From Octopus vulgaris (lineage: Eukaryota): a stretch of DNA of 64,000 bases. The stretch lies in assembly GCA_951406725.2 (NCBI GenBank), contig OX597840.1:37324001-37388000 (forward strand), written 5' to 3'. Below, in pieces: positions 12,566 to 27,473 of this stretch. Made by a program: the position numbers and the translations under genes. The notes under the pieces were generated by a model, which was given only the letters and a program-made list of their open reading frames with translations, had not been told where the DNA came from and ran no database searches. Each line of letters opens with the position of its first letter. Position 1 is the first letter of the stretch.

Positions 12566-13135
12566 TGGTTTTGAATTGATACGACAAAAGCACTAGATTA
12601 TTATTATTGTTGTTGCTGTTGTCGTCATCATTATCACCATTTTATTATTCCTGGTAATTACTACTTAGTAAGGCGCAACGAGAAAGTGCACAGCGGGCCT
12701 GCTGCCAACGTTTTCAGAATTGGTCGGAGAGCTAGAGTTAATAGAATGAATTGCCTCCACATTAGACTGCAGCGCCAACCTGCTTTATATAAATGGCATG
12801 TAGGAGAAAGTCAGGATAAAGATTAACACTTGTGCAATTAATTAACGACCATACAACCTGATTAAATACATTGCGGAGTAGATACCGCAATTGAGAACAT
12901 ACAGAGCGTATGCTGCTATATAAAACAGGATATGCGTATATATGTCGTATAAACGTGTGTACTTATCTTAGCGTAGATAACTGCATACATATGTACAATG
13001 TATAAACTCGTGTATACATACATATATATATACATATATTAGTGTTTATATATAAACACACATACACGATTATGAATATATATATATATATATAGACAGA
13101 TAGATATGCATATATACAATTATAAATATGTATCA

Positions 13136-13166
<31 letters not shown>

Positions 13167-13913
13167 CGTATGTACACACACACACTCACACATACAATTA
13201 TATGCATGTGTTAATGTATATATATATATATATACATGTGTGTGTATATATATATATATAGGGAGAGAGAGAGAGCTTTACACACACTCACACATACAAT
13301 TATATGTATGTGTCAATGTATATATATATATATATTTATCAATCTACGTATATGTGTGTGTGTGTCCTATTTTGGAAGGTATATACCCGATGTGTGTGTG
13401 CATGCACATGCATCTCGTTGAGACCAGATATTAATTGATAGGTAGCCACCCGCTTCCAACAAGAATTAGTGTTTCTAAGAATCAGAGTTAAGTAAACTCT
13501 TGGACTGATATACATTAAAGCCGAGTGAATGCTGCAATTAGCTTGTGATACAGTAAGACAAATTGATTTCACATTAAGGATTACAACGCCAGGATGTTAT
13601 TGTTATCGTTCTTGGTGTCACTGATAATCATGGGGGTGGTTGTGATGCTGTTGTACGCGATTCCCGGAAGATTAAGCTGATAATTCTATTGGATGAAATA
13701 TCTAGCTTGCTGCCGGAATGTGTTTATCTACATTCAAGATAGATTGAAAAGATACATACGTTCAAATAGTGACAAATGAATCCCTGTCAATCAATACGCC
13801 ATTGTTTTCTTTCCAGGTAAGGTAGCATCTATGAGAAAGTCTCCTACAGATATTATGCAGCAACGCCACAAAAACAGTCAATGAAACGAAGAATTTTAGT
13901 GCAAGTGCAATAA

Positions 13914-13946
<33 letters not shown>

Positions 13947-14164
13947 TTTATTTAAAGCAGCAGAAAATTCAACAAAACCTGTTACTCTGAGTTTCACGTT
14001 GCCGTTCATCGGACCGAGCAAAAACTGTCCGATGAACGGCAACGGGAAACTCAGAGTAACAGGTTTTGTTGAATTTTCTGCTGCTTTAAATAAAGCATAT
14101 TACTCTACCACTGGTATTTGAGGTACTCTTTTTTCCACCTTGTTTCACATTTATGTGTTTACTC

Positions 14165-14168
<4 letters not shown>
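13947..14168 (+). mobile_element. Penelope-pLTR-like element with 68-bp inverted repeat, inserted in (TA)n
   Basis: Arms 13947-14014 and 14027-14094 have one mismatch and a 12-nt spacer; (TA)n on both sides. Confidence 0.75.
14021..14067 (+). ncRNA. Minimal Type I hammerhead-ribozyme-like motif (CCGAUGA core)
   Basis: AAAACUGU-CCGAUGA-ACG GCAA CG(G/U)-GAAA-CUCAGAG-UA-ACAGGUUUU: stems I, II (GNRA loop) and III, triplet GUA. Folded by eye. Confidence 0.6.
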
Positions 14169-14223
<55 letters not shown>

Positions 14224-14224
14224 T

Positions 14225-14279
14225 AGCTTGCTTACGAACCACATGGTAGTAGATGGGAAACTGAAAGAAGCCCGTCGTA

Positions 14280-14327
<48 letters not shown>

Positions 14328-14556
14328 GTGTGTGTGTGTGTGTGTGTATGTTTGTGTGTGTGTTTGTCCCTCCGTCATCGCTTGACAATGATGCCGGTCT
14401 GTTTACGTTCCCGTAACTAAGTGGTTCGGAAAAAGAGACTGATGGAATAAGTACTAGGCTTACAAAGAATAAGTCCTGGGGTCTATTTGCTCGACTAAAG
14501 GCGGTGCCCCAGCATGGCCACAGTCAAACGACTGAAACAAATAAAAGAGTAAAAGA

Positions 14557-14557
<1 letters not shown>
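14225..14557 (+). mobile_element. SINE family B (CORE-like), internally deleted
   Basis: AGCTTGCTTAC..ACCACATGGT, GGAAACTGAAAGAAGCCCGTCG, an internal microsatellite, and tail CAGCATGGCCACAGTCAAA.GACTGAAACAA. Confidence 0.88.
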
Positions 14558-14608
<51 letters not shown>

Positions 14609-14749
14609 AAAAAATGGAACAAGAACGCAACAGATATCAATAAAACATCCGGACAGATAGAGGAAACGAAGATGGACCAAAAATCTAAGCTAAGAGCATT
14701 AAATACTTTGGGAGATAGCAAGCGAATGGGTAGGACACGAATCGTATCC

Positions 14750-14990
14750 TAGATACTTGGGTCAATGGAGCAGTGGAGGAGAATTGACTCGGAAACAGAA
14801 CATTTGGTGCTCCATGTGGTACCGGAAACTAACTCTGTATAGAGAAGTTGACGAGGGAGGCGCATTTGGGACATACGTATGAAATGACCCTATTAGTGTA
14901 ACTCTGGTGTCTTAAAGAAGGCGCTTTTAATTATAGATCCTTCCAACTGTTGGGCTTCCATGCAACGGAATGGAAAACGGAGCTCCGTGA
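14750..14990 (-). mobile_element. RTE-clade LINE 3' fragment
   Basis: Translates GHFIRMSQMRLPRQLLYTELVSG and LLHCSIDPS, similar to the RTE motif WAGHVxRMxxxRLPKQLLYGEL. Confidence 0.7.
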
Positions 14991-15276
14991 TTGAAAACCA
15001 AATGTTTGATCCACTAGCGCGTATGTACACACACACACACACACACACACAAACAGACACAGTATATCTTACAAGAAAGAAGGAGGACAACCCCTACTAG
15101 AACTATCTGTAGAATAAAAGACAGTAGTAACCGCAAAAGCCTGATTTATGTGAAGGAATAAGAAAGAGAAAACTGGAATTTATGTAGGAGTGTATTTTGG
15201 GGGGTCAGTAGGATGATGGGATGGGAATAGGAAAGATCGAAAGTGGTGAGGAGGCGGACAGAAAGAATTGGGTTGA

Positions 15277-15311
<35 letters not shown>

Positions 15312-15396
15312 GGGACATTAGAGAGAGGAAGAGAGAGAGAGAGGAGGGGACATAAGAGAGAGGAAGTGTAAGAGAGAGAGAGGTGGATATATATGA

Positions 15397-15463
<67 letters not shown>

Positions 15464-15503
15464 GTGAGACAAGCAGACGATTGAGAGATAGAACGATGCA
15501 GCA

Positions 15504-15545
<42 letters not shown>

Positions 15546-16329
15546 GGAGTGAGATTAATGGATCTTTCGTCTGTCCACAGTGATTACTGAAGACATATTG
15601 TAAACGATACGAACTTGGCACATCTACAGCCGCCCAGACATCGTGGCTTTTAACCACACCACACACACACACATGCCTCTCCACTTGCCATTCATCATAA
15701 ACATCACGTGACCTTGTGTGATTTGTGAGTGGAAGAGGTAAACTCCATAGGTGGGGCAACGAGGTCCAGTATTGGAAGAACAGGAGTGTGTTGAAGGGCG
15801 CTGTCTGTGCGTCGTTTTATAATTTCTGTGGTTAGGAAACATGATTTCGGGTTCAGGGCCGATGCGTGACATCCTGGGCTTTTAAATGTTTTCTGGTATA
15901 GCCCCAGACCGACAAAAGCGCTGGAGGTTACCTTGGTAGACGGAGACTGTGTGGAAGCCGGTTGTACAAACGATATAGTGGTGTGTGTGTGTGAGTGTGT
16001 GTGTGCATCCGTTTATATGTCATGAACTCTAGCAAGGCGAAACTTCGAAACGAAACTCACCTGTCTCTCCGTAAATATTTAAACTACATGTACTCTACTA
16101 AAAGTTATAATGTAATTCTTCAGTTTAATATTCAATTGTTTTTCACAAATAGAGTAACAGAGACAAATTACAGCATATTCTGCAATCCTTACTGGACCTA
16201 AAATGTGTTGCGTTGTCACTGATCGACAGACACATTCACGACTAGACCGCCATCATCTATCTATCTATCTATCTATCTGTATATCTATCAACCTCTGTAT
16301 CTAAAACTAATCTGTCTGTCTATAATCTT

Positions 16330-16700
16330 TAACATTTTCGGCGGTTTGACTGCGGCCAGGCTGGAGCATCGCCTTTAGTCGAGCAAATCGCCCCCAGGGC
16401 TTATTCTTTGTAAGCCTAGTACCTATTCTATCGGTCTCTTTTGTCAAACCACTTGGTTACTGGCACGTAAACACACCAACATCAGTTGTCATCCGATGGT
16501 GGGGGACAAACAGACACACACAAATATATATATATATATATATACACGACAGGCTCCTTTCAGTTTCCGTCTGCCAAATTCATCACAAGGCTTTGTTCGG
16601 CCCGAGGCTATAGTAGAAGACACCTGCCCATGGTGTCACGCAGTGGGACTATCCCGGTACCGTGTGGTTGGGAAGCAAGCTTCTTACCACACAGCTACAC
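16330..16700 (-). mobile_element. SINE family B, near full length
   Basis: Reverse complement of 53655-54056. Confidence 0.9.
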
Positions 16701-18640
16701 GGACGGAGCGGCCCGGTAAAATTCAGGCTACGTACGTTTCCCAGCTGTCCGATCCTCTAGTGTAACAATTACTCAACGCAGGGTACTCAACTATTCATTG
16801 GTCTGATAGGTAGCTAGTTGAGTAACCCTCCTTCAGTTATTATTACATCCGGGAATCTGCTTGGTAAGAAACAAATTCAGCCTGAATTTTACCTGCTCCA
16901 TTCTCTCAATTTCGATATATGAAAAGGCTACAACCCTCGCAAATAAATTATTCTTCCTGAAGGTTGTTGTTACATGATGGTGGTTGATGTAGTAACGCAC
17001 CCGAAAAATCAGAAGTTCCTAACATATTTTAGATCGGGGCAATTATTCATGTCTTATTATAACTTAGACATAGAAGTACTTAATAATAATGGCGAGTATC
17101 ATCGTTTAAATATTGTGTTCAATGGCCATCTTATATTGATAGAAGGAAGGAAATATTTCCTAGTTTTACCATACCACTATTTACATTTATGTGAACGTGT
17201 GTGTGTATGTGTGTACATGTACGTAGTGTAAAGCAAATACACATAGGAAGCATACGAATAACAAATGCTTGTGAATACCTAAAATGCACTGTAACAACTT
17301 GATAGTGAAAACAGCGAAGGAATAGTAAGACATCAGACAGACAGATAGATATATGGGTTGGTAGATCGATAGATAGAAATATAGATAGATATAGAGATAG
17401 ATAGATATATAAATAGACAGATAGATAAAGAGAGGGAGAGAAGGATATATATGGAGTGTAAATGAGTTGAGAATGTATCAAAATTATTGGTTAATGTTTT
17501 CAAGAGAAAGATGATTAAAGAGTGTGTGTCTGTTGCATGAGGTATTATTGACGCAAGGTGAAATATTTGGGTGAAGTGCAGTTGAAAATGATGAGCGTTC
17601 TCTGGAAATAAATCACATTTATAAATGAAGGCTCCCATATCGGGGGCCTTTCATTAAAGCTGGCATACAGCCTACAGATTTTGGAAATTTATTCCGATTC
17701 CCCGTCAGATGGTCTTCTATTAGGTAGTTAAGTATTATTTCCACTTGGCTAATCTTTTAAGCAAGCATTTCCTTCTGGAATAATCAGAATTTTGGCAACA
17801 TTGGTGACGTTAAACAACCTATGGATATGAATATTGAGAAGCTAATTAAAGAAATAATTTTAGCGTTATTAAGATTAGATCGAATCCCGCTTAATTCGAT
17901 TTCGACTTTCATACATCTGAGGTGTGTGTGTGTGTGTGTGCGTATACACAGGCATAAATCTTACGAATGAAATCAGAGTGCTCAATACATGTGGATGAAA
18001 TAGCTTTACGTTTTTACCGAAAGTGAAAGTAGAGTCGAGAGACTGTCCGTCCCACTTTCAAGAAAAAAAATCATAATACAAACTTTAAAAAATGGAAGAA
18101 TATTAAAAACCGAATGAAACAAATCTTATGCACAGACCACATCGTTCTTTTTAAATATATATATCTCTAAAATATCCGTGTAATTCTGCGTTTGAAGTTA
18201 CTTTTCTCATAATTAATAACATTTAATTTACGAAAATCTGTCCTCATATAAATATCCTTAAATATAAAATTCTACCTACCTATCTAACTATATATATATA
18301 TGTATGTGTGTGTGTGTGTATGTCCGTGGCCAGAAGTGAGTTGGGTGACTGCTTTGAACAATATGCATTTAATTTAGGTACTGCTTAGTAGTTTTAAAGC
18401 CAGAGTCGCATGTTTACCAACCGGTTTTCTCAACAGGTTAACTGAGTAGAACATACACATCCACCATTACACACGTATTATCATCACACACATACGCACA
18501 CACATTTTATGTAGAGTACATATACATTATATACATATATTCGTATGTATGTGTGTATATATATATTTATATATACATCTCCCTCTGTCTGTATGTATAA
18601 TATATATATACACACCCATATATCGATCTCTGTGTGTGTT

Positions 18641-18676
<36 letters not shown>

Positions 18677-18690
18677 CAACATTATATATA

Positions 18691-18918
18691 CAGAGTTGGC
18701 CAAAAGTCACCCGTCAGTAAATCGAAATTCCATAAATACTTAATATTCAATTTTATTTATTCATTCCAATTATGAATGTTTAATGATTGACTGCTGTAAT
18801 TAAACTCACCCTTTTCTTTTTTTTCTACCAACGAAGTCTCATATAAAATAATGTTTTGTTTTAATCTTGGAATTAAAAGGGTTTTGATTTACTATCAGGC
18901 GACTCTTGGCCAACCTTG
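18691..18918. mobile_element. Tc1/mariner-type MITE, ~228 bp
   Basis: Imperfect ~33-bp TIRs (CAGAGTTGGCCAAAAGTCACCCGTCAGTAAATC / GATTTACTATCAGGCGACTCTTGGCCAACCTTG) flanked by TA on both sides. Confidence 0.85.
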
Positions 18919-20193
18919 TATATTGTAAACTACGTGGCTGCTGTCAATCAGTGTTTATGCCCTGATTGTTTGTTTGTACACCTGGGCAATAGGTTTTCTG
19001 GTAGCCTACCTACATCCCAAGTTTACCAATCTTTCCTTTCCATTCCATCAATAATTTCCAATTTGAATCGTTTCCTAATTTATGCAAATAGAGATTGCTA
19101 CAAAAGGCGTCGCAGATGTTTACGTCAGAACGCAAAAAAGGATTTATTGATGATACAAATTTTATATGGGACAAAATTTATACCACCTACAGCTAATGAT
19201 AAAAGGACTAGAAACATAATATATCTACCTCTCAATATAAGAGCCACCAGAAAATGGACCCATGTTTCCCCACTTTTTCCTTCACATTGCCTGAGTATAC
19301 TCGTGGCTTTGATATCGTTCAAGAATTTTCTTCAAAGAAATGTTCTATTGTTTCGAATGTATAACGATGATGCAAGCTTCCCAACGGCAGTGTATTTGGT
19401 ATCTAAATAGAATGTGTTGTTGATTTTAACCGCGTAGGAATTTAAATTCATATCTTCTCTCTCTGTTTCAAAAGAATCTTCAATATAAAAGTTTAAAAAA
19501 AAAACAAACAGAAATTATCTGTTTCTCTTGCGGAATCTTAAGATATCTCAGTGTCTCCCCATCAAATGCGTTAAGAAGTCTACAGAAAAAATAGAAAATA
19601 GTAAAAAGAAAATTCATTTGTTTTTCCCACCGAGCCACTGTCTCTAACACAGAGCAGTGTTTTTACTACATTTAACCATTGGACTCCGGCTATGAATGTT
19701 TCACCACGTTCAAAAGCTTCTCATCGATCAAATCTACCCAAGTAGTTCTTTCAGCCTCTTATCTATTCTTATCGATCTATATTCGATCGATGCCGTATTT
19801 ACACTGCAGGTTGAATTCAAACAGCACTGCTCTTTCGACGATATTATTAATGGCTTCTGATAGTTCGATGCTCTCTCATGCTTGTCTTCAACACTCTCCT
19901 TGCTCTTCTCACAATAACTTGTATTTTATATTATATCAGGTGAGATAAAAATCATGAATTTCCATTGGTGTCCCTTTGAGTAACAGCTCAGTGTTTTAAT
20001 AAGATAATTGCGTCTATTCATTACACAAACACACAGACAGACACACACAGACAGTCACAGAGTGTATGTGTGTTTGAAATGGTGAACAGCTGTTGTATAT
20101 TGAGTAAAAGGAGGCATTTAGAATTACGGGCAAATCATTATTGGCGCTTTCGTTCGTTTAATCGAACTCTCAAGACAAAAAGTAGAACCAAAA

Positions 20194-20194
<1 letters not shown>

Positions 20195-20249
<55 letters not shown>

Positions 20250-20328
20250 ATGTGTGTTTGTATGCATATATATATTTATATATATGTATATATATATATA
20301 TGTATATATATATGTATATATAAATATA

Positions 20329-20389
<61 letters not shown>

Positions 20390-20390
20390 G

Positions 20391-20439
<49 letters not shown>

Positions 20440-20462
20440 GTATATATATATGTATATATATG

Positions 20463-20545
<83 letters not shown>

Positions 20546-20560
20546 TTGTATATGCATGCA
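20195..20560. repeat. (TA)n/(TG)n compound microsatellite
   Basis: Directly visible. Confidence 0.97.
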
Positions 20561-20579
20561 TCTTTTTTATGTTATACTT

Positions 20580-20925
20580 GATTGTTATTACACTGCGGCC
20601 AAGCTGGGGCACCACTTTGAAGAATTTGTAGTCGAATGGATTTATTTGAAAAGCCTCTTATTCTATCGGTATATGTTACCGAACTGCAACGTTGCGGGGA
20701 CATAAACAGACCGACACCGGCAGTCAGTGGTGGTAGGGACACACACCGTCTTACTGGCACACGCACATGAATACAAAGGTTACGGCTGGATTCTTTGAGT
20801 TGTCTTCTAAATCTATTCAGACTGCTGTGATCGACCCGGGGCTATAGTAGAGAGCACTAGTCCAAATTGCCAAACAGCGGGACTGAACCTTGAACTATGC
20901 GGATGGAGAGCAAGCTTCTACCATT
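20580..20925 (-). mobile_element. SINE family B, older copy
   Basis: CTGCGGCCA.GCTGG.GCACC, CCGGGGCTATAGTAGA, GGGACTGAACC, GCAAGCTTCTACC. Confidence 0.8.
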
Positions 20926-21261
20926 ACTCAACCGTATGTATGGTATATGTGTGTGTGTATATATATATTAAGTTGAATCCCACTTCATGAATGAAATAAA
21001 ATACCGTTTCATTTAATTTTAAGTCTGGTTTCATGTAACTATTCGAACTGTAACAGGAAATAGGAAATACGAGAGACTATTTCATGTTACTACAACATAG
21101 AGAAGATGAATAATGTATGTGAGTATGAGGTTGCATATATATATATATATATATAGTACACAGTAAGATAGGAGTTATGGGCGTAAAATGAATAAATAAT
21201 CCAACATTATAACATCCGTAAGTTGATGAACAAACTAAATTTGTTTTTCCATTTTCTTATT

Positions 21262-21290
21262 TGTATTATATATATATATATTATATTATA

Positions 21291-21326
<36 letters not shown>

Positions 21327-21609
21327 TTATATATATATATATATTATATTATATTTATATATATATATTATATTATATATTATATTATATCATATATATA
21401 TATATATATATTATATTATATTATATCATATATATATTATTATATTATATTATATATATATATATATATATTATATTATATTATATCATATATATATATT
21501 ATATTATATTATATTATATCATATATATATATATATTATATTATATATATATATATTATATTATATCATATATATATATATTATATTATATTATATCATA
21601 TATATATAT

Positions 21610-21680
<71 letters not shown>

Positions 21681-22085
21681 TATATCATATATATATATTA
21701 TATTATATTATATTATATCATATATTATATATATATATATTATATTATATATATATATATTATATTATATCATATATATATATATTATATTATATTATAT
21801 CATATATATATATATTATATTATATATATATATATATATATATATTATATTATATCATATATATATATATATTATATTATATCATATATATATATATATT
21901 ATATTATATATATATATATATATATATTATATTATATTATATTATATTATATATATATATATATATATATTATATTATATTATATCATATATATATATAT
22001 TATATTATATCATATATATATATATTATATTATATCATATATATATATATTATATTATATTATATTATATTATATATATATTTAT
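21262..22085. repeat. ~820 bp A/T-only cryptic satellite of (TA)n and (TATAT)n with periodic ATCAT
   Basis: Almost no G on the + strand; sparse C in a recurrent TATTATATCATATA motif. Confidence 0.95.
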
Positions 22086-22544
22086 GAGATAATTTCAACA
22101 AAAAGACAGTAGACTATGTTAAAATAACTATGGTTCTAAAAGTATCAAGAACAATAATACCGCTGAGGCTGCTATTAATAAGGTGGCTATTGTAAGTATT
22201 TTAGATGGTATGTGATCGAAGTAAGTAAACATTTACCTTTTCTGAATAGATGAAGATGTGATAAAGAGTAATTACTTCCACGGTAATAAATAGTGAACAG
22301 CAATAAAGAATATGGCGGATAAAAATTATAACAAAATGAAGACATCTTAATTTGCATCGAATTTAAAGAAAGTATGGAGCAGAACATTTATTCAGATGTT
22401 AGCCAAGTTTTCAGTAATGCAAAACTTGTTGAATAGCTGAATAGACAGAGAGAACTGAATCCATTATAATATTGTAGAAAAGTGGGCATAGCACCAGTTT
22501 TATATAACATAGTTATTGAGTAATTGGGCAACAGCCAGCTATAC

Positions 22545-22586
<42 letters not shown>

Positions 22587-23227
22587 TTGAATAATTTAAC
22601 GACGTAAATGAATTCTATTTAATCTGAATAGTTAAAATAAGGCCTTTTTATTTTATTATTTCTGAACGTTGAAATTAGCCATGATGCTGCAAATTAGATC
22701 CAGCCTTTTATTCCTTTTAATGAAAATACATTTTGATATACGAGATATAGAACATATCAACCTTGTAGTAAATCCGTGGATAAATAAAAAAAAAAAAACC
22801 TTTCTACTATTGGCACATGGCCTGATCTTTTTGGGTTGGGTGTGATAAATCGACCGAAGTGCTCATCTGTTATTTTGTTGACCCCGAAATGAAAAAAGGT
22901 CAAAGTCGACCTCGGTGGAATTTGAAATCAGATCGTAAAATGCTGAGCATCTTCTCCGGCGTAAACAGTCCGTGATTTGCTTCTTAAAAATAGAATATGA
23001 TAAATATTTGATATGTTACATACACGCATATTTGTGCAAGTGTGTGTGTGTGTGTGTATTTTGCCAATTCTAATTTCTGTTCAACATTTTCCATTTCCGT
23101 CAACAGGTTTCATGCAATTGTTTCCTAATATTACTTCATATAATTTGAATATTTTACACAGAATTTGCGAAAATTGAAGCTAACGTTAGTGGCAAGGACT
23201 GATAGGTTGGTAATATTGTGAGAGAAG

Positions 23228-23638
23228 GGCGGTGAGCTGATAAACTCGTTAGCACGCCGGGTGAAATGCTTAGCGGTATTTCGGCTGCCGTTACCTTCTG
23301 AGTTCAAATTCCGCCGAGGTCGACTTTGCCTTTCATCTTTTCGGGGTCGATTAAATACGTTACACACTGGAGTCGATATAATCGACTTAATCCGTTTGTC
23401 TGTCCCTCTTTGTCCTCTCTGTGTTTTGCCCCTTGTAGTAGTAAAGAAATAGATATTTCGTCTGTCCTTACGTTCTGAGTTCAAATTCCGCCAAGGTCGA
23501 TATTACCTTTCAATCTTTCCGGGGTCGATTAAAAAAATGCCAGTTACGCACTGGGGTCGATGTAATCAACTTAATCCCTTTGTCTGTCCTTGCTTGTCCA
23601 ATCTATGCTTGGCCCCCGCCCTGTGGGCAATAAAGAGA
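23228..23638 (+). mobile_element. SINE family A dimer
   Basis: Head GGCGGTGAGCTG...GTTAGCACGCCGGGTGAAATGC followed by two body units. Confidence 0.92.
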
Positions 23639-24502
23639 TGAATATTGTGTGCGAGAAAGAGACTTGCTTAAATGGTTCGAAATGAGTATTATGTTTATCG
23701 GTTTCAAATTTTTGCACAAGGCCAGCAATTTCATGGAAATTGTAAGTCCATTACGTCGATCCCATTGTTCCATTGGTACTTAAATTTTATCGATCCTGAC
23801 AGGATGAAAGGCAAATTGGACCTCGACGGAATTTTAAGTAAGAACATAATGTCGATCAAAATTTAGCTGACGCGATAACGATTCTACCAGCTCCTCATCT
23901 TGGCTGCTCTGAATATTGTTGCAGTTGTTGTTGTTTATTTGTTGTTTTAGCCTCGTGTTAGCCAGATACCAGCTGATGTGGAACGAATTTATTCCAATGC
24001 TTAATTTTTCGTTCGAGAATAATAACCCTTATAACGATTTTCAGGGCATTAGTATTTAAAATATGAACCAACTGAGAAGCACAATAGTGTGTTCCAGGAG
24101 AACAATCTGAATATAATAGCTATTCAGAAATGACTTCTAGTCTTTTCTTTTTTTTTCTAAGACGGATTTCGGTTCATTTGAATAAAGAAATAAATTAAAG
24201 AAACTGTATGTTATAGTACAAACTGAACCTCTTATTTTAGTATCAGTGCAGAGGTGACAAACATAGATATAAACACACAGTAACTGTGTGTGTGGTTGCG
24301 TGCATGCTTTACATTCCTTTTAAGTTCACACAATGCAAATCATACGAACGAACAAGTCAACACAGAACAGGTCTCCGAAGATTTCCTAATGAAAGGTCCC
24401 TAACCCGACATTATTGAAACACGAGCTAAAAGTACAAACCATCAATTTGTATTATTTGTTATGACTAGATATGTTTTGGCTTCAAAAAAATACTGCTGAT
24501 AG

Positions 24503-24543
<41 letters not shown>

Positions 24544-24691
24544 CACACACACATACACAGGGATATATATATATATATATATATACATACATACATACAC
24601 ACACACAGGGATATATATATATATATATATGTACACACATACACACACAAGGGATATATATATATATATATACACACATACATACACACAC

Positions 24692-24732
<41 letters not shown>

Positions 24733-24735
<3 letters not shown>

Positions 24736-24940
24736 GGAACGTTAACGAAAAAAAAGGAAACAAAAGACGAAGACAGGTGGTGTACAAAACAAACAGATGT
24801 ATTAGTTTAACGCTCAGGAATAGAAAAAAGGATTTTACGTTTCGAGCCTACGCTCTTCTACAGAAAGGTACAGAGAAAAAACAAGGAGAGAAAAAATGTG
24901 TGTAGTGGCTAACGATCTATTATGGCGTCTGACTCGGACA
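24733..24940 (-). mobile_element. Family H short repeat with hammerhead-like motif (CUGUAGA), in (TA)n
   Basis: Homologous to 39345-39490 and 60650-60830; motif at 24833-24867. Confidence 0.75.
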
Positions 24941-25443
24941 ATATATATATATGTGTATATATATACACGGACATACAAACATACATAGACTCACACATAC
25001 AAATATGCATACATAAGTACAAATATACAGACGCACGCACATACACATAAATATTTCTACTAATAGAGACCAGCTTTAGTTTCATATATGTTATGTGAAA
25101 GACATGTCCCTATTTAAATCTATTAAGGAAATTCTCATTTCTTTATTTGTAAATATACTTAGTTTGGCGCGGTAGCGTTTCCAAATTCATTAATTTATTG
25201 ATGTGTCAGTACCTTTTACAGAATCTTTATCAGAGAGAGGCGAAGTAATAATGGCGTGTTGATCGCTTCTTTTGCTTCAGGCCACAACGTAACGTGGGAA
25301 TAGCGTTCTGTCTGTAGAAGAGATTTAACAATTGTACAATGGAAACTCCTCATAGAGGCCAACATTTATTTTCGCATACTGCACCGTTGTTGATTTATAC
25401 TTTGATTCAGATTATATACTGGTGTGCTTGTGTGTGTGTATAA

Positions 25444-25935
<492 letters not shown>

Positions 25936-26493
25936 TATATATATATATATATATATATATATGTTTTTACCAATATATATATTTATATCTGTATATATTT
26001 GCGTGTGTATATGTGAGTGTGTGTTGTGTGTGTGTGTGCGTGCGTGTGTTTGTCATCACTTAAATATGACTGTTCCCTAGGAACCGAGGTTACTGTTATA
26101 TTTAACACCAAGAGGACGCCTCCTTCAGCTCGTAATTCGATAAACTCTGCTTCCAATTAATATTCCAAAGAGACTAGTGAACCCTTACCATCTTATAACC
26201 ATGAGACTGGACTTTATCATTCCGACCTCTCTGAAATCATCCTCCGTGGTGGATGCTCGTTGAAACAGTACGGTCTGGTGGTTTCGAAGCTCGGTTGTAA
26301 GGGTTTCTCTCCTTTGCTTGCAATATATATATATTGGATGCAGTTTGCATTGAATAACCAACAAGTGGACGCAACCTACTTGGGTTAAATATAGCAGTGA
26401 TTTAGATTCCCACCGAACAGCCATGTCTAAGTGCCGATAAAAATAACTACTCAGTATAGCTACCGCTTACGTCGCTTATTGAGATTTTGTACG

Positions 26494-26533
<40 letters not shown>

Positions 26534-27426
26534 TTACACACGTACTGATATATAGATATATGCATACATTTATACATACTTGCACACGTACGTACAATCA
26601 TATGTATGTAGCTAGGTGTGCAGGTAGATAGGTAGATATATGCATATAAAAAGCCAGACAGATATATATATACACACACAAAGATACATACATGTTATAT
26701 ATAGATAGAAAAAAATGAAAGATAGAAAGATGGAGTGTGAGAGAGAGAGAGAGAGAGTAAGAGAACGACAGACGGACAGACAGAGAAACACACCTCTTGT
26801 TGATCTAGGTAAGAAGATGTTTTTCAATGCTGCAGACAGCCTATCTGTGTTAGAATATATTAGCCGTGTTATGAAGCGTTACCTTTACTTTCATGTTTCG
26901 TTCAAAAAAAATGTGAATAGAAACCGCTTGAATGGAAATGAAGCATCAATATATATACATACATACACATATATGTGTACATATATACACGCATACTCAC
27001 TCATATATGGGTTTTGTGTGTGTGTATGTGTTTGGAACGATTTTTGGCTGTATGCTGTTATCATTAATCGATAGATAATCCCCCCACCATCGCACGTATA
27101 CCATATACCAGCCGTTTTACTGTCCTTCGCGTTTAATTGGAATTATAGCAATAGACACGAACTCTACACCGAACATTATTCCCGCCAAAGTCACTACACC
27201 CTTCCACTTTACACGCAGCCACCACCACCCTTCTAAGCGTACAGGTACACACCCACATTACAATCTTTGTTATGATATGACTGCTGTGCGCAGGCGTCAG
27301 ATTCATTCCACAACACTTTGAGCAAGTATTTTTTTCTTTTCCCCCATTGCCTCATGTTAACTTAATTCTGGAATAAGAAATAGGACTGACAGAACCTCTC
27401 TCCGTGCCTCTGCGTTCGAGAGTGTT

Positions 27427-27473
<47 letters not shown>

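Noticed and set aside
19679-19948. Possible mariner N-terminal remnant (AVLFEFN on minus; YECFTTFKS on plus)
   Set aside because: The short motifs are on opposite strands and no TIRs were found.
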